Origin: a virus
Lineage: Duplodnaviria > Heunggongvirae > Uroviricota > Caudoviricetes
Direction: 5' to 3' (one strand)
DNA length: 49,941 nt
IMG/VR virus record: IMGVR_UViG_2529293060_000008
Part shown: piece by piece, positions 9,350 through 18,056 of the stretch
How the letters are laid out: each line of letters begins with the position of its first letter
Position numbering within the stretch: position 1 is the first letter of the stretch
Position numbers and translations under genes: made by a program
The notes under the pieces: generated by a model
Seen by the model: the letters and a program-made list of their open reading frames with translations, nothing else
The model's database searches: none
Told to the model about the DNA's origin: nothing

Positions 9350-10485
9350 AGAGATTCTCGTTTTTTATAAAATTCAACAACTGTATCTGCTTTTACATTT
9401 AGCAGTACGCCTGCTTCCCTTAATGGTAATTGTTGAGACATTGCTTTGGAAATTATTATATTCGTAAGTTTTGGACTGTTACGAACAGGTAATGTGTTAA
9501 AGAAAGAACCACCATTAGATTCTTTTTTGGGCTTATTGTAAGCTTGATCTTTAATTATCTCCAAAGTGTTTCTTTCTATCAAATCTAATTGTAACGCTTT
9601 GATTGCACAAGCGAAATCACTAACCTTAAATAACTTAGAAACCTCTTTTACTCGATAATAATTATTATCGCTGGATGCATTAAGCCAGAAAGATTTGAAG
9701 AGATTATCAGGCATTAAGATTTCAGCAGCAACTTTATTACAAAAAGATTCTATGTTTTTTTCTGTGTCCCACCCAGAGACTCCATCGACTCCAAGCCAAA
9801 GATGAGCCACCTCATGAAATAATGTAAATACCTGCGCAGATAACGCGTCCGAGCTATTTACAAAAATGATCGGAGCAACGCTATCAGATATACAGAAACC
9901 ACGAAACTCTCGCGTGTCAAGTTTTCTTTTATTATTATTACCCACAACACCATTCTTGAAAACTAATACGCCAGTGTCTTCTATTAATTTTGCCACTTTA
10001 GAAAAATAGCTCTCAAAAGTGACATTTTTTATCTCTTTTTGTATATCAAAATGTATTGTGTTTGCTATGTCTGTAGCAACAACCTTATAATTTAATTTTC
10101 TATTAAATTTAAATTTACCAATAAAATCGAGTGGATCATCATTACCATTTTCTCTTAAATAGTCTTTGTACCACTCAAGTTTATATTCTATATCATAGTA
10201 AACATCAAAAAAATCTTTTCCTAACTCACGGCTATTTATAGCTTGCCTTAAGTCAGGGATCTTGGGTTTGGCTGGAGTTGGTGGCGTTTCAAGAAATAAA
10301 AAACCGAAAGGGATTCCTCCAATTTTTGCCAGTTTTTCTGCTGCGGATTTACTTACCACTCCGTTAAGAAATTTATTAATCTTTTTGGGCATGACTTGGT
10401 CAGCAAGAGTTTCGATAGAAACTCCTTGAGAATTTGCTATCCAATCAATCATCTTCCTAGACAATTGAAATTCAACCGCTGCCAT
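9346..10485 (-). CDS. ImmA/IrrE-family Zn-metallopeptidase with N-terminal possible DNA-binding region, putative antitoxin or sensor
   Basis: 379 aa; HExxH in FTLFHEVAHLW followed by ESFCNKVAAEILMP, characteristic of ImmA/IrrE (COG2856) peptidases; AGGTGA Shine-Dalgarno 5 nt before the ATG; AT-rich. Confidence 0.65.
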   Translation of the reverse strand: MAAVEFQLSRKMIDWIANSQGVSIETLADQVMPKKINKFLNGVVSKSAAEKLAKIGGIPFGFLFLETPPTPAKPKIPDLRQAINSRELGKDFFDVYYDIEYKLEWYKDYLRENGNDDPLDFIGKFKFNRKLNYKVVATDIANTIHFDIQKEIKNVTFESYFSKVAKLIEDTGVLVFKNGVVGNNNKRKLDTREFRGFCISDSVAPIIFVNSSDALSAQVFTLFHEVAHLWLGVDGVSGWDTEKNIESFCNKVAAEILMPDNLFKSFWLNASSDNNYYRVKEVSKLFKVSDFACAIKALQLDLIERNTLEIIKDQAYNKPKKESNGGSFFNTLPVRNSPKLTNIIISKAMSQQLPLREAGVLLNVKADTVVEFYKKRESL

Positions 10486-10614
10486 GTTATCACCTAGTTA
10501 AAAAAAACTATTATTCAACAATTATTGTTGTGCACCTGATAGCTAACGTCAAGCCTAATTTATTGCCTTACTACAGTAAGCTGAAAAGCGAAGTGCATAA
10601 TTTTGTTCTGATTT
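10486..10614 (-). promoter_or_regulatory. Intergenic region with candidate promoter and 15-bp near-palindrome CAACAATTATTGTTG (10517..10531)
   Basis: Minus strand shows TTGACG then an AT-rich -10-like segment; inverted repeat CAACAA-tta-TTGTTG could be an autoregulatory operator. Confidence 0.3.
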
Positions 10615-11307
10615 CTACCCATGCTTTCTATATGTCTGCGGCATGCTCCCGATGACTTTCCCGAAGATGAACACGCGGTTCATCTCGTCTTTCTCGATCG
10701 GGTCCCACGGTGAGTAGCTCTTGTTATCAGAGATAACCAGCAGCTTATCCTTCATCATTTGCAGGCGTTTTACATGGGCGGTGTCGTCATACAGAAACGC
10801 ATAGATACCATCACCGTCGAAAGATTTAACCGTGATATCAACGAACAGCAGATCACCTGGTTCGATCGTTCCTGACATGCTGTCACCACGCACGTTAATG
10901 ATGCGGATATTTTCCGCCTTCCTGCCATCGAACATGTGACGAGCATCGTCAAACGAGTATTCAACCGAGCGTAGAACTTCTACAAACTCACGGTTGATTA
11001 CACCCGGCCCGGCACTGACTTCTATATCAAGAACGTCAATTTTGAAGTATTTGGAATGGCTGACAGCAGGCTTCCCTGATTGTTGACCGTCATTTCTCAT
11101 CGGGCCTATGCCTGAAGAGAGCCATTCTGTTCGAACACCCAATGCATTAGCTATTTCAACAATTTTTGTTGAGCCGCGCGCGTTGCCGCTTGTCAGTCTC
11201 CAGATTGTGGGTTGAGCTACGCCAGACGCCTTTGCAAGAGCGCCTTGAGACATTCCAGATTGTTCCATCGCTAGATTTAAGCGATCAGCAAGAGTTTCTT
11301 TTTTCAT
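10615..11307 (-). CDS. cI: CI-like repressor (HTH plus LexA/S24 autopeptidase domain)
   Basis: HTH segment SQGALAKASGVAQPTIWRL; S24 motifs VSAGPG (Ala-Gly cleavage site), GDSM (Ser), VKRL (Lys); ATG at 11307 preceded by TATAAA about 9 nt upstream (near-leaderless); divergent from cro. Confidence 0.85.
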   Translation of the reverse strand: MKKETLADRLNLAMEQSGMSQGALAKASGVAQPTIWRLTSGNARGSTKIVEIANALGVRTEWLSSGIGPMRNDGQQSGKPAVSHSKYFKIDVLDIEVSAGPGVINREFVEVLRSVEYSFDDARHMFDGRKAENIRIINVRGDSMSGTIEPGDLLFVDITVKSFDGDGIYAFLYDDTAHVKRLQMMKDKLLVISDNKSYSPWDPIEKDEMNRVFIFGKVIGSMPQTYRKHG

Positions 11308-11417
11308 AAGTTTTAATTTATACGCTTGCGTATTGATGGTCAAAACACGTTTTGCTATTGCTTGGATTAATACGCATTGCTATTATTCATTCATTGCAAT
11401 ACCAATAGGAATTGATA
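11308..11417. promoter_or_regulatory. Candidate OR with divergent pR / pRM between cI and cro
   Basis: Repeated TTGCTATTG-type motifs (11352.., 11377..); TTGCTT-17 nt-TATTAT on the plus strand upstream of cro; TATAAA on the minus strand upstream of cI; ATTGC...GCAAT inverted repeats. Confidence 0.45.
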
Positions 11418-11645
11418 ATGACAAATCAAACCATTCAACTCGCAATCAGTATTACAGGCAGTCAAAAACGACTGGCAGATCTATGCGGTGTAGCCCAACC
11501 CACAGTTTGGCGTTGGCTACACGGTGGCGGAATTGATGCCCGCTATGTAATGAAAATTGTCTCAGCCACTGGTGGAAAGATTAAACCAGCAGATATTCGT
11601 CCCGACCTCGCACCATTGTTTAACGCGAGTAATTCTGCCGCCTAA
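11418..11645 (+). CDS. cro: Cro-like HTH repressor
   Basis: 75 aa with HTH (SQKRLADLCGVAQPTVWRWLHG); AGGA Shine-Dalgarno 8 nt upstream; divergent from cI. Confidence 0.75.
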   Translation: MTNQTIQLAISITGSQKRLADLCGVAQPTVWRWLHGGGIDARYVMKIVSATGGKIKPADIRPDLAPLFNASNSAA

Positions 11646-11669
11646 ACTGCGGCGTTAACTGATAAGGCA

Positions 11670-12215
11670 ATGACTATGCAACCACTTACATACCAACAGA
11701 CTAGCGGATTTAGCCCGACTGCGGTGATAAATCGTTCTCAAACAAAACAGGTGGCAGGCCACGAAAAAATCCGTGATGCCGTCCGCGCCTGGTCGGCTGT
11801 AGATAATCAGGATGTCGTTGCCACACTCATTGTGAATGAGTATCGGGAGCAGGGCGGCGGCACCATCGATTTCCCTGATGATGTCAGCCGTGCACGCCAG
11901 AAGCTGTTCCGCTTCCTCGATAACAAATTCGATTCTGAAAAATACCGAAATAACGTGCGTGAACTGACCCCGGCAATTCTGGCGGTACTACCGCTGGAAT
12001 ATCGCAGTTACCTGGTTGAGCAGGATAGCTTCATGGCTAGGTTGGCTGAAATGGAAAAGGAACTCAGTGAGGCAAAACAGGCTGTCATTCTCAACGCACC
12101 ACGCCACCAGAAACTGAAGGAAATTAGTGAAGGTATTGTATCGATGTTTCGTGTGGACCCGGATCTGGCTGGTCCATTGATGGCGATGGTTACTACCATG
12201 CTGGGGGCGATATGA
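11670..12215 (+). CDS. YdaT-family protein in the cII position
   Basis: 181 aa; segments NEYREQGGG and LTPAILAVLPLEYR resemble Rac-prophage YdaT as I recall it; sits between cro and O. Confidence 0.45.
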   Translation: MTMQPLTYQQTSGFSPTAVINRSQTKQVAGHEKIRDAVRAWSAVDNQDVVATLIVNEYREQGGGTIDFPDDVSRARQKLFRFLDNKFDSEKYRNNVRELTPAILAVLPLEYRSYLVEQDSFMARLAEMEKELSEAKQAVILNAPRHQKLKEISEGIVSMFRVDPDLAGPLMAMVTTMLGAI

Positions 12216-12301
12216 CAGGTTCAGAAATGGCGAAAGCCGGTCTGCTGGAACAGAACCGACTTTCAGGTGCAAATCGTAACACACTCATTGCGGGAGGAAT
12301 T

Positions 12302-13231
12302 ATGGCAAACACTGCTGAGATATTCAATTTTCCAGTGCCGGATGCGGCACAAAAGGAGCCGCGCGTGGCAGATCTCGATGATGGTTATACGCGCATTGCA
12401 AATGAGTTGCTGGAAGCTGTGATGCTGGCCGGATTAACACAGCACCAGCTTCTGGTCTTCCTGGCTGTCATGCGCAAAACATATGGCTTTAATAAAAAAC
12501 TGGATTGGGTGAGCAACGAGCAACTGTCCGGATTGACCGGGATATTACCGCACAAGTGTTCTGCTGCAAAAAGTGTTCTGGTAAAGCGTGGGATTTTGAT
12601 TCAGAGCGGGCGGAATATCGGTATTAATAATGTGGTCAGTGAATGGTCAACATTACCCGAATCAGGTAAGAAAAATAAAGTTTACCTGAAAGAGGTAAAT
12701 TTACCTGAATCAGGTAAGAAAAGTTTACCCAAATCAGGTAAAGGCGTTTACCCGAATCAGGTAAACACAAAAGACAAACTAACAAAAGACAATATAAAAC
12801 CTTTTTCGTCCGAGAATTCTGGCGAATCCTCTGACCAACCAGAAAACGATCTTCCTGTGGTGAAACCAGATGCTGCAATTCAGAGCGGCAGCAAGTGGGG
12901 GACAGCAGAAGACCTGACCGCCGCAGAGTGGATGTTTGACATGGTGAAGACCATCGCACCATCAGCCAGAAAACCGAATTTTGCAGGGTGGGCTAACGAT
13001 ATCCGCCTGATGCGTGAACGTGACGGACGTAACCACCGCGACATGTGCGTGCTTTTCCGCTGGGCATGCCAGGACAACTTCTGGTCCGGTAACGTGCTAA
13101 GTCCGGCCAAACTCCGCGACAAGTGGACCCAACTCGAAATCAACCGTAACAAGCAACAGGCAGGCATGATAGCCAGCAAACCAAAACTCGACCTGACAAA
13201 CACTGACTGGATTTACGGGGTGGATTTATGA
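12302..13231 (+). CDS. O: Replication initiator O
   Basis: N-terminus MANTAEIFNF...VADLDDGYTRIANELLEA aligns with lambda O (MTNTAKILNF...VADLDDGYARL); GGAGG before the ATG at 12302; iterons inside the gene; the track ORF extends to 12212, which I treat as upstream read-through. Confidence 0.85.
   Translation: MANTAEIFNFPVPDAAQKEPRVADLDDGYTRIANELLEAVMLAGLTQHQLLVFLAVMRKTYGFNKKLDWVSNEQLSGLTGILPHKCSAAKSVLVKRGILIQSGRNIGINNVVSEWSTLPESGKKNKVYLKEVNLPESGKKSLPKSGKGVYPNQVNTKDKLTKDNIKPFSSENSGESSDQPENDLPVVKPDAAIQSGSKWGTAEDLTAAEWMFDMVKTIAPSARKPNFAGWANDIRLMRERDGRNHRDMCVLFRWACQDNFWSGNVLSPAKLRDKWTQLEINRNKQQAGMIASKPKLDLTNTDWIYGVDL
12654..12800. repeat. Replication origin: four palindromic iterons TTACC(C/T)(G/A)AATCAGGTAA plus AT-rich tract, inside O
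   Basis: Iterons at 12654, 12701, 12725, 12748 and a degenerate copy TTTACCTgaaagAGGTAAA; followed by aaaagacaaactaacaaaagacaatataaaac; same layout as ori-lambda. Confidence 0.8.
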
Positions 13232-13929
13232 AAAACATCGCCGCACAGATGGTTAACTTTGACCGTGAGCAGATGCGTCGGATCGCCAACAACATGCCGG
13301 AACAGTACGACGAAAAGCCGCAGGTACAGCAGGTAGCGCAGATCATCAACGGTGTGTTCAGCCAGTTACTGGCAACTTTCCCGGCGAGCCTGGCTAACCG
13401 TGACCAGAATGAACTGAACGAAATCCGCCGCCAGTGGGTGCTGGCTTTTCGGGAAAACGGGATCACCACAATGGAACAGGTTAACGCTGGAATGCGCGTA
13501 GCCCGTCGGCAGAATCGACCATTCCTGCCATCACCCGGGCAGTTTGTCGCCTGGTGCCGGGAAGAAGCATCCGTTAACGCCGGGCTGCCAAACGCCAGCG
13601 AGCTGGTTGATATGGTTTACGAGTATTGCCGGAAGCGTGGCCTTTATCCGGATGCAGAGTCTTATCCATGGAAATCAAACGCGCACTACTGGTTGGTTAC
13701 CAACCTGTATCAGAACATGCGGGCCAATGCGCTGACTGATGCGGAATTACGGCGCAAGGCTGCCGATGAACTGACTTGTATGACCGCGCGAATTAATCGT
13801 GGTGAGGCGATACCTGAACCAGTAAAACAACTTCCTGTCATGGGCGGTAGACCACTTAACCGGGCTCAGGCTCTGGCGAAGATCGCAGAAATCAAAGCTA
13901 AGTTCGGACTGAAAGGAGCCAGTGTATGA
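13228..13929 (+). CDS. P: Replication protein P (DnaB loader)
   Basis: 233 aa, near-identical to lambda P as recalled; ATGA overlap with O. Confidence 0.95.
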   Translation: MKNIAAQMVNFDREQMRRIANNMPEQYDEKPQVQQVAQIINGVFSQLLATFPASLANRDQNELNEIRRQWVLAFRENGITTMEQVNAGMRVARRQNRPFLPSPGQFVAWCREEASVNAGLPNASELVDMVYEYCRKRGLYPDAESYPWKSNAHYWLVTNLYQNMRANALTDAELRRKAADELTCMTARINRGEAIPEPVKQLPVMGGRPLNRAQALAKIAEIKAKFGLKGASV

Positions 13930-14219
13930 CAGGCAAAGAGGCAATTCTTCACTACCTGAAAACGCACCGGACTTTCTGCGCGCCGGATGTAGCTGCGGCA
14001 ACAGGCGTGACTGTAACCAGCATCAATCAGGCAGCAGCCAAAATGGCACGGGCAGGAATCCTGGTCGTTGATCGCAAGGTCTGGCGAACGGTGTATTACC
14101 GGTTCGCTACCAGGGAGGAGCGGGAAGGAAAGGTGAGCACGAACCTGATTTTCAAGGAGTGTCGCCAGAGTGCCGTGATGAAACGGGTATTGATGTTTTG
14201 GGGGAGGGGAGGGGTATAA
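13926..14219 (+). CDS. ren: Ren
   Basis: 97 aa (MTGKEAILHYLKTHRTFCAPDVAAATGVTVTSINQAAAKMARAG...) matching lambda Ren; overlaps the P stop. Confidence 0.9.
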   Translation: MTGKEAILHYLKTHRTFCAPDVAAATGVTVTSINQAAAKMARAGILVVDRKVWRTVYYRFATREEREGKVSTNLIFKECRQSAVMKRVLMFWGRGGV

Positions 14220-14507
14220 GCGAAACGTTATGAGTGTGTGGGTATTCGTGCCATTGCGATGTGGTAGAGAGTGCTGAGGGCGTCATGGTTGTGTTGCGAA
14301 AACTACGTTGCACTTGAGCAGGATCTTGCAGAATTTGAGCGCGAGTTCCGTGTTGCTGATGCGACTATACCCTCGATGTAGAGGAACTTAATTAGCTGAT
14401 TGTAATTCAATATGCCTACTAAGACCGGTTGGGTATGAACTAGTAAAGGCTGCAAAATCCTATAGAGTGTTAACGCAACCAAAAACGTTAAGCACGGAGA
14501 AAAAAAT

Positions 14508-15037
14508 ATGGATCCTAAATTACTGTATGCCACGTTTAAACGAAATGACGCACCAGCTTGGCGCTGCCCGAACTGTATGAATGAAACACTGGAGATTGTC
14601 GCTGATAGTTTTGTAGAAACTGATTCAAGCGCAACAACTCAGTTTAGAGATGAAGTATGGTTTGATGAGGAAATGTCGGGAGGAGTATTCAGTTGCGTGC
14701 TGCGCTGTACCCGCCAAGCCTGCCAGGAGAAGGTTGCTTTGTCTGGGCAGGTTGTTGCTGTAGAATGCTTCAATGACGAAATGACGGAGCGTTGGTATGT
14801 TTCTGGTTTCCGTCCTAAGTATTTCTATCCACCACTTCCTCTATTCCTGTTTCCTGAAAAGTGCCCTGAAGATATAGCTGATCTCTTGGCGGAAGTATCA
14901 GCTCTGATCCCCTCGCACCCAGCTTCAGCGGTGAACACCATGAGAACCATACTGGAGATGATGCTTGATAGTCTTGATGTACCAAGAGAGAAAACAGTTA
15001 AAGGCAAGATAATACGTCTTTCTACGCATGAAAGAAT
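14508..15037 (+). pseudogene. 5' part of a zinc-ribbon protein gene interrupted by the IS66-family element
   Basis: ORF with CPNCMN...CVLRCTRQAC (two CxxC pairs); reading frame stops at a TAA created by the IS left end; GGAG Shine-Dalgarno 7 nt upstream; inverted repeat TTAACG-N10-CGTTAA at 14470..14491. Confidence 0.6.
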
Positions 15038-15067
15038 GTAAGCGTCAACGGAGCACCGTATTGACGC

Positions 15068-16681
15068 TTATTTATTGGTGAGTACTACGTTCCATGGCAG
15101 GAGTTCATCAACTCGGTTGGAAGGCCATTCCGGCAGTACGCTCAGGATATGGCGCAGATACGCTTCCGGATCGATACCGTTCAGACGGCAGGTGCCGATC
15201 AGCCCGTACAACAGTGCTCCACGCTCGCCGCCGTGATCGCTGCCAAAGAACATAAAGTTTTTCTTTCCGAGACAGACTGCACGAAGCGCTCTTTCCGCAG
15301 CATTATTATCCGCCTCCGCCAGACCGTCATCACTGTAATAACAGAGGGCATCCCACTGATTCAGTACATAGCTGAACGCTTCGCCCAGTCTGGATTTTTT
15401 CGACAGCGTACAATTCTTCTCCACCATCCATTCATGCAGCGACGTCAGTAACACTTTGCTTCGCTGCTGCCTGACGGCAAGACGCTCTGACTCCGGTAAT
15501 CCCCGTATTTCATCCTCGATGGCGTACAGTTCACTGATTCGCTTCAGTGCTTCTTCTGCCGTCGCACTTTTGCTGCTGATGTATACATCGTGGATTTTTC
15601 GCCGGGCATGGGCCCAGCACGCAACTTCTGTCAGTGCACCACCTTCACGTTCTGCACTGAACAACCTGTCGTAACCTGTGAACGCATCCGCCTGCAGGAT
15701 ACCCCGGAAGGGGCGGAGGTGTTGCTCCGGGTGTTTCCCCTGCCGGTTCGGCGAGTACGCGAACCAGACCGCTGGAGGAGATGACGAACCCACATTGCGA
15801 TCATCCCGGACATACGTCCAGATACGCCCTGTTTTCGCCTTTTTCTGACCCGGTGCCAGTACCTTTACCGGTGTGTCATCAGTGTGAATCTTGCGGGTGT
15901 TCATTACATAACGGTACAGGGCATCATTCACCGGTGTCATTAACTGGCAGCACGCGTCAACCCAGTTGGAGAGTAAGGCCCGGCTCAGTTCGACACCCTG
16001 GCGGGCAAAGATTTCACTCTGACGATACAGTGGCAGATGTTCGCAGTATTTTCCCGTTAACACGCGGGCAAGTAATCCGGGGCCCGCGATACCACGCTCT
16101 ATCGGGCGGGACGGCGCCGGTGCTTCAACAATACAGTCACATTTTGTACAGGCTTTTTTTACCCGTTCTGTGCGGATCACTTTCAGGGCACTGCTCACCA
16201 GTTCCAGCTGTTCAGCGCTGACTTCCCCCAGATAATCCAGCTCACCGCCACACTCCGGGCAACAGCTTTCTTCTGGCTCCAGGCGGTGTATTTCACGGGG
16301 AAGGTGTGCCGGTAACGGACGACGATGGCGCGACTGTCGCAACTGGCGGGGAACCTGAGGATCGTCTTCCCGCCCACTGTAACGATCGCTGTCCTGTTCA
16401 CGTTGTTTCAGCAGAGCCTCAGCCAGTTCAACTTCACGACGCAGTTTTTCAGAACGGGTACCGAACAGCATCCGGCGCAGTTTTTCTATCTGAGCCCGCA
16501 GATGTTCTATTTCCCGTTCATCTTCTTCGATCTTTTCTTCGGCACGTGTCAGTGCAGAGCGCAGGAAGGCTTCCGTCTCTTCAACCAGACTCAGTTGCTG
16601 GTCTTTCTGACGGAGGGCTTCAGCCTGCTCAGAGAGCAACCTTTCCAGCTCTGCGATGCGAATGAGGTATTTCTGACTCAT
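15068..16681 (-). CDS. tnpC: IS66-family transposase (TnpC)
   Basis: 537 aa with N-terminal coiled coil and Cys-rich segment (CCPECGGEL...CTKCDC), typical of IS66 transposases. Confidence 0.8.
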   Translation of the reverse strand: MSQKYLIRIAELERLLSEQAEALRQKDQQLSLVEETEAFLRSALTRAEEKIEEDEREIEHLRAQIEKLRRMLFGTRSEKLRREVELAEALLKQREQDSDRYSGREDDPQVPRQLRQSRHRRPLPAHLPREIHRLEPEESCCPECGGELDYLGEVSAEQLELVSSALKVIRTERVKKACTKCDCIVEAPAPSRPIERGIAGPGLLARVLTGKYCEHLPLYRQSEIFARQGVELSRALLSNWVDACCQLMTPVNDALYRYVMNTRKIHTDDTPVKVLAPGQKKAKTGRIWTYVRDDRNVGSSSPPAVWFAYSPNRQGKHPEQHLRPFRGILQADAFTGYDRLFSAEREGGALTEVACWAHARRKIHDVYISSKSATAEEALKRISELYAIEDEIRGLPESERLAVRQQRSKVLLTSLHEWMVEKNCTLSKKSRLGEAFSYVLNQWDALCYYSDDGLAEADNNAAERALRAVCLGKKNFMFFGSDHGGERGALLYGLIGTCRLNGIDPEAYLRHILSVLPEWPSNRVDELLPWNVVLTNK

Positions 16682-16711
16682 GACCGTTTTTATAATGCGG
16701 TCAGGAGTTTT

Positions 16712-17062
16712 TTACAACATTGTCAGTGAGTTACGGCTGGATGTTTTTGGCTGACGCCAGTCCAGCTTATCGAGGAGCATTGCCAGTTGCGAGCGGGTAA
16801 TGGATACCTTGCCGTCACGTACCGCAGGCCAGATAAACTGGCCTTCCTCCAGGCGTTTGGTGAACAGGCACAGACCATCAGCATCAGCCCAAAGAATTTT
16901 GACGGTGTCACCCCGTCGGCCACGGAAGATAAACAGGTGACCGGAGAAGGGATTATCATTCAGCACATGTTGTACCTGTTCTCCCAGTCCGTTGAAGGAT
17001 TTACGCATATCGGTAACGCCGGCAACGAGCCAGATACGGGTACCTGATGGGAGTGAGATCAT
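16712..17062 (-). CDS. tnpB: IS66 Orf2 (TnpB)
   Basis: 116-aa ORF, middle gene of the IS66 three-gene unit (MISLPSGTRIWLVAGVTDMRKSFNGL...). Confidence 0.75.
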   Translation of the reverse strand: MISLPSGTRIWLVAGVTDMRKSFNGLGEQVQHVLNDNPFSGHLFIFRGRRGDTVKILWADADGLCLFTKRLEEGQFIWPAVRDGKVSITRSQLAMLLDKLDWRQPKTSSRNSLTML

Positions 17063-17484
17063 CTTCCCCTCCCGGTCAGTTCACGGATCAACACTGTGAG
17101 CAGCTCTGGCGATGGATTTTCCAGCGTCATGTTACCGTGACGGAATTCCACCTTGCAGGAACTGGCACTGACTCTGGTCTGAGTGGAAGTGGATAAAGAC
17201 GGCGCAATGGCCGCCACAGGTTCTTTCTGCTCATCCGGCGTTATTTCTACAGGTAATAATTCAACGCCAGTGTCAGAAGAGGTCGTTACCGGAAGACGCC
17301 GCGAAACACGCCCTTCGTTCTGCCAGAGCCTGAGCCATTTGAAAATAACATTATCATTGACGCCATTTTCACGTGCAATCTGTGCAACACAAGCTCCAGG
17401 TTGTGATGCCAGTTCCACCATACGAAGTTTGAATTCATTCGAATAGTTTTTACGAGGTTCTTTTCGCCAGTCCTGTAATTCCAT
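17059..17484 (-). CDS. tnpA: IS66 Orf1 (TnpA, HTH)
   Basis: 141-aa ORF with HTH-like segment (ACVAQIARENGVNDNVIFKW); first gene of the IS66 unit; ATGA overlap with Orf2. Confidence 0.75.
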   Translation of the reverse strand: MELQDWRKEPRKNYSNEFKLRMVELASQPGACVAQIARENGVNDNVIFKWLRLWQNEGRVSRRLPVTTSSDTGVELLPVEITPDEQKEPVAAIAPSLSTSTQTRVSASSCKVEFRHGNMTLENPSPELLTVLIRELTGRGR

Positions 17485-17569
17485 ACTTAGATGTCCGTCT
17501 ATATCAGATGGGCGTCTAAGTTACCAATTCTCGTCTGATGGCTACATACGGCGGTCAGTTTACGCTTAC

Positions 17570-17799
17570 GAAAGAATCACAAATTATTCAGATAAACTGG
17601 GACCAAATAAAGATGCATTCATGGCGTTAAAGTGGTTGGGGAATCACGGCAGTCATGGAGGGATTAAAGTCACAAGGTCCTCTATTAATGATGCCTGCAT
17701 TCTCATTGGTCATTTGATTGACTTCTTATTCTTAGAAAGCCCGGATGTAACTATTCATATTGAACGGATAAACAACGTGTATGCACCCAAAAAGGAGTA
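17570..17799 (+). pseudogene. 3' part of the zinc-ribbon gene split by IS66
   Basis: Frame continues in register across the duplicated GAAAGAAT (…HER | ITNYSDKLGPNKDAFMALKWLGNHGSHGG… stop near 17799); the intact protein would be about 250 aa. Confidence 0.55.
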
Positions 17800-18056
17800 A
17801 AACGTAACGCCATGTCGAAGCGGAATATTGCCGCTAAAACACAAGAAGAGCGCGAGAAGGTTAACGTTGACCTTGCTGTCTCCTGAGTTACCTACAAAGA
17901 GCGCCTTAATATACCGGTTATTGCCGAAGCGGTGATGCGTGAGCAGCCTGAGCATTTGCGGGACTATTTTTTGGAGCGGCCACGACATTACCGCGAGCAG
18001 AGCATCGCGCTGCCCAAGGCATCCGCTCCTCGACATCTTAAGCAGGAAGGTGAAAA

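Larger units (their letters stand above)
15038..17569 (-). mobile_element. IS66-family insertion sequence (about 2.5 kb) with 8-bp target duplication GAAAGAAT
   Basis: Imperfect terminal inverted repeats GTAAGCGTCAACGGAGCACCGTAT (left) and GTAAGCGTAAACTGACCGCCGTAT (right, reverse complement); direct repeats GAAAGAAT at 15030..15037 and 17570..17577; three ORFs in the IS66 order. Confidence 0.85.

Noticed and set aside
12212-12301. Upstream extension of O starting at the ATG that overlaps the YdaT-like stop
   Set aside because: The lambda O N-terminus aligns from the ATG at 12302, which has a GGAGG ribosome-binding site; the extension is probably fortuitous, though a longer isoform cannot be excluded.
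12654-12800. Regularly spaced repeats inside O considered as a possible CRISPR-like array
   Set aside because: Repeats are palindromic iterons with short AT-rich spacing inside a replication initiator gene, the classic ori-lambda layout, not repeat-spacer architecture; the stf repeats are likewise coding tandem repeats.
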